The position numbers and the translations under genes were made by a program. The notes beneath the pieces were generated by a model that was not told where the DNA came from, did not search any database, and saw only the letters and a list, made by a program, of their open reading frames with translations. Below, in pieces: positions 49,351 through 57,934 of a stretch of 64,000 nt of DNA (position 1 is its first letter; each line of letters starts with the position of its first letter). Source of the stretch: an uncultured Actinomycetota bacterium. GTDB taxonomy: Bacteria; Actinomycetota; Actinomycetes; Actinomycetales; Microbacteriaceae. The stretch lies in contig CAWJWQ010000011.1 of assembly GCA_963846615.1 (NCBI GenBank), forward strand, positions 173,140-237,139, written 5' to 3'.

Positions 49351-50884
49351 CAGTAGGCCCCGTCCGCTCCGACGACGGCGCGCGCGGTGCGCAGCAGGAT
49401 GATGATGTCGTTCGTGATCGACCAGTTCTCGACGTAGTACAGGTCGAGCCGGATGCTGTCCTCCCACGACAGGTTCGACCGGCCGCTGACCTGCCACAGC
49501 CCGCTCATGCCGGGCTTCACGACGAGCCGGCGTCCGGCCTTCGAGTCGTAGAGCCGCACCTCGCCGTCGCGCTGCGGCCGCGGGCCGACCAGGCTCATGT
49601 CGCCCTTCAGCACGTTGAGCAGCTGAGGCAGCTCGTCGATCGAGTAGCGACGCAGGACACGGCCGACCGGCGTGACGCGCGGGTCGTCTTTGACCTTGAA
49701 CAGGGGCCGTATCGCCCGTGCCCTGCGCGGCCAGCAGCTCGGCCAGGTGGGCGTCGGCGTCCGTCACCATGCTGCGGAACTTGAGCATCGTGAACGGCTC
49801 GCCCGACAGCCCGATGCGCTCCTGGCCGTAGAACACCGGGCCGCGCGAGCTGAGCCTTGATCAGCACGGCGACGACGACGAAGAGCGGCGACGAGCACGA
49901 CCAGCAGCCCGATCGCGAACACCAGGTCGAACGCCCGCTTGGCGAAGCGCTTCGGCCCGTCGTACGACGGCGTCTCGACGTGGATGAGCGGCAGCCCGGC
50001 GACCGGCCGGGTGTGGATGCGCGAGCCGGCCACGCCGACCAGCTGCGGCGCGACGACCAGCTGCTGTCCCGGGATCGAGGCGCCAGCTCAGCTCGTTGAT
50101 GCGGCTCGACGACGCGTCGGACCCGACGACGATCACGGTGTCCGGGCTCGGGCCGCCAGGCAGCGAGCACCGCGGTGTTCGAGAGGTCGTCGGCCGCCGC
50201 GTACACCGGAACGTCGTCGATCGCCGTCGCCTGCGCGTCGTCGGTGACGACGACGGCGACGACCCGGTAGCCGGCATCGGTGCGCAGTCGCGAGCGAGTC
50301 GATCAGCTCGCGCACCGCGACGCGCGCTGCCGATCAGCAGCACGCGGAAGCGACAGCTCGCCGCGACGACGACGGGCGTGCAGCCAGCGCCGCCACGACC
50401 AGCGCGAGCCAGCAGCAGCAGCGTGCCGAGCGGGAACGCGGTGACCAGGTACCCGCGGGCGAAGTCGGTCTGGGTCATCGCGGCGAAGACCGCGATCGTG
50501 CCGAAGAGCAGCAGGGTCGCGTTGATGATGCGGCGGTACTCGGTCGAGTCGGTGCCCAGGATGCGGCTGTCGCGCGTTCCGGCGACGGCCAGCGCCAGCA
50601 TCCAGGCCACCACCAGCGCGATCGAGAACGTGACGTAGTCGACGCCGAAGTCGGTCGGCAGCGCGGTGCTGACGAACGACGTGGCTGAAGCCGAACCAGA
50701 GCGTGTGCGTGCTGGCGGTCGCGAACACGACGACCACGGCATCCGTCAGTGTCACGTACCGCTGGAAGCGCTTGACCCAGTCGGTGGCGTGCGCCCGCAC
50801 GCGCTGCACCGACCAGCCCTGGGCGCCGGAGAGCTGCCACGGGTAGCCGCGGTCGGCGGTGTGCGTCACGGGGGATGACTCCAC
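49350..50884 (-). CDS. Polyprenyl-phosphate sugar-1-phosphate transferase (WbaP/CpsE-like priming enzyme). Many frame breaks; start uncertain.
   Basis: Text reads FYGQERIGLSGEPFTMLKFRSMV and LKGDMSLVGPRPQRDGEVRLYDSKAGRRLVVKPGMSGLWQVSGRSNLSWEDSIRLDLYYVENWSITNDIIILLRTA. An N-terminal TM block reads YVTFSIALVVAWMLALAVAG. Confidence 0.85.
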
Positions 50885-51005
50885 TCACCCCACCGGCGAC
50901 ACTGAGAGAGACGCCGGTGGGGTCATCGGGTTTGCGGGGGAGATGCCGGGGGGATGCGGCACTGCCCACGTTAGGAACCCGGTGGCGCCCGCGTCCCCCA
51001 TCCGG

Positions 51006-51079
51006 GGGTCGGAAACGCGGGCTAACCCGTGAACACGGCCCAGGGGATGGGACGCGGGTTAAGCCGCGGGTTAAGCCCG
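51006..51079. promoter_or_regulatory. GGGTTAA-family array R4: degenerate phased units followed by the exact tandem CGCGGGTTAAGC x2
   Basis: GGGTC is at 51006, GGGCTAA at 51019 and GGGAT at 51044. The exact 12-bp repeat lies at 51054-51065 and 51066-51077. The TTAA at 51071 supplies the TAA stop of the GNAT gene. The array is about 175 nt upstream of the priming transferase ORF start. Confidence 0.55.
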
Positions 51080-51730
51080 CAGCCCGCTCGCGCTGCGGAA
51101 CAGCACCGGCCGGTCGCCGTACGCGGCGAGGCGGCGCCTCGAGCCCGGCCGCACGTCCGGCCACTCGTCGTCAAGGATCGAGAAGACGGCGGAGTCGCGC
51201 CACGAGCCGTCGGCGCGCAGCGCTCTCGCGGCGCACGATGCCCTCGAAGCTGCGCGCCGAGCTTCTCGATCGCGCGCGCGCGACCGCTCGTTGCGCGTCG
51301 TCGGCCTGCAGCTTCACCCGGCCGAACCCGCGCGCGAAGGCGAGCCCCAGCATCAGCAGCTTCGTCTCGGGGTTCACCTGCGTGCCCCAGACGCGCGGGT
51401 CGTAGCCGGTCCAGCCGATGTGGGCGTGCTCGCGCTTCCTCGTCGAGGTCGCCGAGCGTCGACGCGCCGACGATCTCGCCGTCGTGGGGACCGCCGACCA
51501 GCCGCACGACGTAGCGATGCGGTTGGCGCCGGCGTCGTACGCGATCGACCCAGCGTCGAACGCCTCGCGATCGCGCGGCAGCCCGGCCGGACCGCCGCCG
51601 TAGCCGCCCGCGAACACCGCGGGATGCCCGAGCGCCGTCGCACAGGCCGGGGTAGTGCTCGGGCGTCATGCGGCTCGAGGCGCACGAAGCGCCCCTCGAG
51701 CACGGCGGGTTCGGGTCGCACGGCGGTCAT
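51071..51730 (-). CDS. GNAT-family (RimJ/RimL-like) N-acetyltransferase. Several frame breaks.
   Basis: Text reads MTAVRPEPAVLEGRFVRLEP, HAHIGWTGYDPRVWGTQVNPETKLLMLGLAFARGFGRVKLQ and DSAVFSILDDEWPDVRPG. Confidence 0.75.
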
Positions 51731-51781
51731 CGCTCCATCCTCGCATCCGTGCGCTGCGCCATTCCACGTACCGTGGCGGCC

Positions 51782-52424
51782 ATGAACCGAATCACCGGAC
51801 CGGGCTGGCGCCTCGCGGGGCGATCGCGGTCCTGGGTGCTCTTCACCTTCTGCTTCACGCTGCTCTACCAGGCGACGGCGGTCGTGTCCGGGCTCGGCGG
51901 CTTCTGCGCCAGCGGCGGCCCGTACGTCATCGAGACGGAGTGCCCCGACGTCGGTCATCTGGTCGTTCGCGCCGCTCAGCATCCTCGGCGGGTTCTCTCG
52001 CGGTCGCGATCGGCCTGTTCTTCGCCGCGCGGGTTCGCGGCGCCGCTCGTCGTCTGGGCGTGGCCGATCCTGTTCGTCGGCCTCGGCATCCAGTTCTCCA
52101 TCTCGGCATCCAGCCCGGCGGGTCGTCTTCGTCGGCTTCCTCGCGCGTCGCTGTTCGTCGCTCATGGGGCTCGCTCCGCTGATCTTCGAGCTGCGCGCCG
52201 GGCCGCGGCGCATCGTCCTCGGCAAGACGAACGTGCAGGGCGTGCGCTTCCGCGACCGGGAGGGGGCGCCGCGCACCTTCTACGCGTTCGGGCGGGACGA
52301 TCCGAGCGAGACCGTCCCGCCGACGCCCGGCGACTGGCTGCTCGGGCTCGTCATCTGGATCGGGTCGATCGCCGTCGGCGTCTGGCTCGGCGTCCACGCG
52401 TTCATCGCGGTGGCGGGCGCATGA
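51782..52424 (+). CDS. Uncharacterised multi-pass membrane protein, paralog A. Frame breaks.
   Basis: Text reads [57 protein letters not shown] and LIFELRAGPRRIVLGKTNVQGVRFRDREGAPRTFYAFGRDDPSETVPPTPGDWLLGLVIWIGSIAVGVWLG. Confidence 0.6.
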
Positions 52425-53085
52425 GCAGCCCGGGGGCCGGCATCATGACCCGCTTCGTCGTCGCCGCTCTGGCGGGTGCTCGGCTCGTTCGTGGGCTGGT
52501 TCGGCTTCACGTTCTGCTTCACGCTGCTGTACCTGGCAGCCGCCGTCGTGATGGGTCTCGGCGGATACTGCGCGTCCGGCGGCCCCTACGTCATCGAGAC
52601 CGAATGCCCGGATGCGGTGGTCGCCACGTCGCCGCTGTCGATCTTCGGCGGGCTCGGCGGCCGTCGCGCTCGGCGCGCTCTTCGCGCGCGGCTTCGGCAC
52701 CCCGCTGGTCTCGTGGGCGTGGCCGATCCTGTTCGTCGGACTCGGCGCCGCGTTCCTCATCGCGTCGACTCAGCCCGGCGGGATCACCTTCCTCATCGTC
52801 GGCGTGGTGTTCGTGGTGATGGGACTCGTCCCGCTGGTGCTCGAGGTGCGGGCGAGCATCCGGAACGTGCTCCTCGGGACGGTCAACGTCGCCGGGGTGA
52901 GGTTCGAGCTGACCGGGCGAGGCAGGCCGTCGCCCCTGCAGTTCGGCCGCTGGGACAGGTCCGGCTCCGACGAATCCGTCACCCCGACCGCCGGGGACTG
53001 GACCCTGGCGCTCGGGATCACCATCGTGGCGATCGGGCTCGGGATCTACCTCGCCGACCAGTTGTTCCGCGCCCTCGGCGGGTAG
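52421..53085 (+). CDS. Uncharacterised multi-pass membrane protein, paralog B. Two frame breaks.
   Basis: ATGA overlap with paralog A. Text reads [57 protein letters not shown] and [73 protein letters not shown]. Confidence 0.6.
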
Positions 53086-53106
53086 ACCCGGACCTCCCCC
53101 GGCGGC

Positions 53107-54394
53107 TCAGCCCAGCAGGTCGTGCCGCACGACGATCGCGTCGCGGCCCGGGCCGACGCCGATCGCCGAGATGCGCGAGCCGCTCATCGCCTCGAGCGCG
53201 AGCACGTAGTCCTGCGCGTTCTTCGGCAGGTCGTCGAACTCGCGGGCGCCGGTGATGTCCTCGGTCCAGCCGGGGAACTCCTCGTAGATCGGGGTCGCGT
53301 GGTGGAAGTCGGTCTGGTTCACCGGCACCTCGTCGAAGCGCACGCCGTCGACGTCGTAGGCGACGCAGACCGGGATGCGTCTCGAGACCGGTGAGCACGT
53401 CGAGCTTGGTGAGCACGAAGTCGGTGACGCCGTTGATGCGCGCCGAGTAGCGGGCGATCGGGGCGTCGTACCAGCCGGTGCGGCGCGGGCGGCCGGTCGT
53501 CGTGCCGAACTCGAAGCCGGCGGCCCGCAGGAACTCGCCCGACTCGTCGAACAGCTCGGTCGGGAACGGGCCGGAGCCGACGCGCGTCGTGTACGCCTTG
53601 ACGATCCCGATGACGCGGTCGAAGCGGTTCGGTGCGACGCCGGATCCGGTGGCGGCGCCCCCGCTCGTCGCGTTCGAGCTCGTGACGAACGGGTAGGTGC
53701 CGTGGTCGACGTCGAGCATCGTCGCCTGGCCGCCCTCGAACAGCACGGTCTTGCCGGCGTCCAGCGCCTGGTTCAGCACGAGGCCGGTGTCGGCGACCAT
53801 CGGCCGCAGCCGGTCGGCGTAGGAGAGCAGGTCGTCGACGACCTCGTCGACCTTGATCGCGCGGCGGTTGTAGACCTTCACCAGCAGGTGGTTCTTCTGG
53901 TCGAGGGCGCCCTCGACCTTCTGGCGCAGGATGTTCTCGTCGAACAGGTCCTGGATCCGGATGCCGACCCGGTTGATCTTGTCGGCGTACGCCGGGCCGA
54001 TGCCGCGGCCGGTCGTGCCGATCTGCCGCTTGCCGAGGAAGCGCTCGGTCACCTTGTCGAGCGTGCGGTGGTACTGGGTGATGACGTGCGCGTTCGCGCT
54101 GACGAGCAGGCGGGACACGTCGACGCCGCGGGCGGCGAGCGCGTTGAGCTCGTCGAACAGCACCTCGATGTCGACGACGACGCCGTTCGCGATGACCGGC
54201 ACGACGCCGGGGCTCAGGATGCCGGACGGCAGCAGGTGCAGCGCGTACTTCTCGTCGCCGATGACGACGGTGTGGCCGGCGTTGTTGCCGCCGTTGAACT
54301 TGACGACGTAGTCGACGCGGCTGCCGAGCAGGTCGGTCGCCTTGCCCTTGCCTTCGTCGCCCCACTGGGCGCCGATCAGAACGATGGCGGGCAT
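53107..54394 (-). CDS. purA: Adenylosuccinate synthase. One frame break near 53370.
   Basis: Text reads [71 protein letters not shown] and [11 protein letters not shown]. Confidence 0.95.
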
Positions 54395-54438
54395 GTGACT
54401 TCTCCCTCGGTGGCGGGTCGGTGGGATTACACCCCAGT

Positions 54439-55054
54439 CTATCGACGCGTCGTGACTGACGAGGACGGATCGCTAGCGGCGTGCTGCGCGATCCAGGCGT
54501 GCATGACGATCGCGGCCGCCGCCGCCGCGTTGATGCTGCGCGTGCTGCCGTACTGCCGGATGCTGACGGTCGCGTCGGCGGCGGCGAGCGCCTCGGCGCT
54601 GAGCCCGGGGCCCTCCTGCCCGAACAGCAGCACGGCATCCCGGGGAAGTCGTACTCGGTCGACATCGACGCTGCCCTCGACGTTGTCGACCGCGACGATC
54701 GGGCGGTGCGTGCGCGTGCGCCCACGCGGCGAGGTCGGCGATCGTGTCGTGGTGCAGCACGTGCTGGTAGCGGTCGGTGACCATGGCGCCGCGCTTGTTC
54801 CAGCGGCGGCGGCCGACGATGTGCACCGTCCCGGCCAGGAACGCGTTCGCGGTGCGCACGATGCTGCCGATGTTGAGGTCGTGCTGCCAGTTCTCGATCG
54901 CGACGTCGAAGCCGTGCCGGCGGGAGTCGAGGTCGGCGACGATCGCGTCCATGGTCCAGTAGCGGTAGGCGTCGACGACGTTGCGGGTGTCGCCGTGCGC
55001 GAGCAGCTCGGGGTCGTAGCGCGGGTCGGTGGGCCAGCGGCGGCCCCCGGCCAC
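54439..55054 (-). CDS. SpoU/TrmH-family RNA methyltransferase. One frame break; ends approximate.
   Basis: Text reads [51 protein letters not shown] and [23 protein letters not shown]. Confidence 0.8.
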
Positions 55055-55186
55055 GGGCCGACGCCGACCTCACGCTCGCTCCATGCGCTCACGCTAACGC
55101 GCGTCGAGCGTCGACGTGCACGGTCGCGCCGAGCGCTCCACGTCGAGCGGTCGCCGACCGTCGCGACGCGCTGTTAATCTCGGCCC

Positions 55187-56066
55187 GTGACGGCGACCTG
55201 GGAGCGCAGCGGCCTGGGCTCGCCGACGCGCCCGACGCCGCCATCGTGCACGGCGACAACCTCGCGGTCACCGCGACCCTGCCCGACGCGTCGCGTGCGG
55301 CTCATCTACCTCGACCCGCCGTTCAACACCGGGCCGCACGCAGCGGCTGCAGACCATCTCGCACGACCCGCAGACCGACCGGCGGCGACCGCACCGGATT
55401 CAAGGGCCACAGCTACGACACCGTCAAGGGCGCGCTCACCCGGTACGACGACACGGTTCGACGACTACTGGGCGTTCCTCGAACCGCGGCTCGCCGAGGC
55501 CTGGCGCCTGCTCGACGAGCGCGGCACGCTCTACCTGCACCTCGACTACCGCGAGGCCCACTACGCCAAGGTCGCCCTCGACGCGCTGTTCGGCCGCGAC
55601 AGCTTCCTCAACGAGCTGATCTGGGCGTACGACTACGGCGCCAAGCGCACCCGGCGCTGGCCGGCCAAGCACGACACGATCCTCGTCTACGTCAAAGACC
55701 CTGCCCGCTACCACTTCGACAGCGCCGCGGTCGATCGCGAGCCGTACATGGCGCCCGGCCTCGTCACGCCCGAGAAGGCCGCGCGCGGCAAGCTGCCGAC
55801 CGACGTCTGGTGGCACACCATCGTGACCACGAACGGCGCCGAGCGCACCGGATATCCGACCCAGAAGCCGCGACGGCATCCTGCGCCGCATCGTGCAGGC
55901 GAGCACCGAGCCGGGCGACCTGGTGCTCGACTTCTTCGCCGGCTCGGGCACGACCGGCGCCGCCGCCGCCGCGCTCGGTCGCCGCTACCTGCTCGTCGAC
56001 GAGAGCCCGGATGCCGTGGCCGTCATGCGCAAGCGCCTCTCGACGGCGGTCGTCTACAGCGTCTAA
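55187..56066 (+). CDS. DNA methyltransferase (N6-adenine/N4-cytosine type, beta-class motif order). Frame breaks.
   Basis: Text reads RLIYLDPPFNTG, FDDYWAFLEPRLAEAWRLLDERGTLYLHLDYREAHYAKVALDALFGRDSFLNELIW, GYPTQKP and LVLDFFAGSGTTGAAAAALGRRYLLVDESPDAV. Confidence 0.8.
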
Positions 56067-56180
56067 ACTCGCCGAGGCACGCAGCGTGCCCGCACGAGCG
56101 AGAGGAGTGGTACCGATGACAACCGTCTTTGTCGCGCCTTCTGCCGACCACATCCACTCCGGGGTCGCCGCCCGCTAGCA

Positions 56181-57046
56181 ATGCATCCGGTGGCCTCGCT
56201 TCTCGAAAGCCACCTGAATTGCACTGCACTCACCTTCTCGACCGTCGAACCCGGCGACGACCAGCGATGGTCGACCTGGACCGCCATCACCCCCAGCCAG
56301 CGCGGCCCCGAGCCGTGGCCGGACTGGGTCATCACCTCCGCCGGGGCGATCGACACCGAACTCGGCGTCGTCAAGACCGGCAAGGAGGCCGACCTCTGCC
56401 TGATCGAGCGAGCCGCGCCCGGCCTCACGCTCGACGACCCGCCCGCGCGGCGTCAGCATCCTGGCGGCGAAGCGCTACCGCACGACCGAGCACCGCGACT
56501 TCCACCGCTCGTCCGAGTACCAGGAGGGACGCCGCACCCGCCGCAGCCGCGACGCCCGCGCGCTCGAGAAGGGCACCGCCTACGGCCGCGCGTTCGCCGC
56601 CGACCATGTGGGCGTTCGCCGAGTTCGAGGCGCTCAGCGTCATGTACGAGCGCGGCGCCCCGGTGCCGTACCCGGTGCAGGTCGACGGCACCGAGCTGCT
56701 GATGGAGTTCATCGGCCACGGCACCGTCGCCGCACCCCGGCTCGCGCAGTCGCGCGACGATCCGCGCCGAGCTGCGGCCGCTGCTCGAGCAGGTGATCGA
56801 CGCGATGCACCTGTTCGCGCGCGCCGGCTACGTGCACGGCGACCTCTCGCCGTACAACCTGCTCGTGCACGACGGCCGCGTCGTCGTCATCGACCTGCCG
56901 CAGATCGTCGACGCCGTCGCGCAACCCGAACGGCATCGCGCCTGCTGCACCGCGACTGCGTCAACATCGCCGACTGGTTCACCCGCAAGCGGGTCGAGGT
57001 CGACGCCGAGCAGCTCTTCGCCGACCTGCTGGCGGAGCTGTTCTGA
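56181..57046 (+). CDS. RIO-type atypical protein kinase. Frame breaks; start uncertain.
   Basis: Text reads VVKTGKEADLCLIERA, FAEFEALSVMYERGAPVPYPVQVDGTELLMEFIG and YVHGDLSPYNLLVHDGRVVVIDLPQ. Confidence 0.75.
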
Positions 57047-57099
57047 GCCGCGCATCAAGCCCGAAACATTCGGTCGCTACGATGACGCCATGACCAGGC

Positions 57100-57912
57100 G
57101 TGAGCGGCGCGTGCATGAGCGACCGCGGCGAGGTCGAGTGCTGGCTCACCGACATGGACGGCGTGCTCGTCCACGAGAACTCGCCGCTGCCCGGCGCCGC
57201 CGACCTCATCCGCCAGTGGACCGACCGCGGCACCCCGTTCCTGGTGCTCACGAACAATTCGATCTTCACGCCGCGCGATCTGGCGGCGCGGCTGCGCGCA
57301 TCCGGTCTCAACGTGCCCGAGGAGTCGATCTGGACCAGCGCCCTCGCCACCGCCGACTTCTGCGCCTCGCAGATCCCGGGCGGCAGCGCGTTCGTGATCG
57401 GCGAGTCCGGGATGACGAACGCGCTGCACGAGGTCGGCTTCATCATGACCGAGAACAACCCCGACTACGTCGTCGTCGGCGAGACCCGCAACTACTCGTT
57501 CGAGGCGATCACCAAGGCGATCCGCCTGATCAACGACGGGGCGCGCTTCATCGCCACGAATCCGGATGCGACGGGGCCGAGCGCGGACGGCGTGCTCCCC
57601 GCGACGGGTGCGATCGCCGCCCTGATCACGAAGGCGACCGGCAAGGATCCGTACGTCGTGGGCAAGCCGAACCCGATGATGTTCCGCTCGGCGATGAACA
57701 AGATCGGCGCACACAGCGAGAACACCGCGATGATCGGCGACCGCATGGACACCGACATCGTGGCCGGCATCGAAGCCGGGCTGCACACGGTGCTCGTCCT
57801 CACCGGGATCAGCGATCAGGCCGAGATCGAGCGGTACCCGTTCCGGCCGGACGAGATCCTGCAGGGCGTGTGGGAGCTCGTCGAGAAGGACGCCGACGAG
57901 AGCGACCTGTAG
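57100..57912 (+). CDS. HAD-IIA (NagD-like) phosphatase. Intact. The start may instead be 57115.
   Basis: Text reads WLTDMDGVLVHENSPLPGAADLI, FLVLTNNS, GKPNPMMF and MIGDRMDTDIVAGIEAGLHTVLVLTG. Confidence 0.85.
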   Translation: MSGACMSDRGEVECWLTDMDGVLVHENSPLPGAADLIRQWTDRGTPFLVLTNNSIFTPRDLAARLRASGLNVPEESIWTSALATADFCASQIPGGSAFVIGESGMTNALHEVGFIMTENNPDYVVVGETRNYSFEAITKAIRLINDGARFIATNPDATGPSADGVLPATGAIAALITKATGKDPYVVGKPNPMMFRSAMNKIGAHSENTAMIGDRMDTDIVAGIEAGLHTVLVLTGISDQAEIERYPFRPDEILQGVWELVEKDADESDL

Positions 57913-57934
57913 GCGAGGTCGAACGGCCGTCAGA

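Noticed and set aside
33047-51079. Interpreting the GGGTTAA units as telomere-like (TTAGGG-type) repeats or remnants of a mobile element
   Set aside because: The units are phased at 12 bp with variable filler rather than tandem heptamers. They occur at only two to five units per site, sit at operon boundaries, and are not flanked by inverted repeats, target duplications or transposase or integrase genes.
53319-55177. ORFs 53319..55073 (minus strand, alternate frame) and 53375..55177 (plus strand) of about 600 aa
   Set aside because: These are shadows of purA and the TrmH-like gene. The real frames give textbook adenylosuccinate synthase and SpoU motifs.
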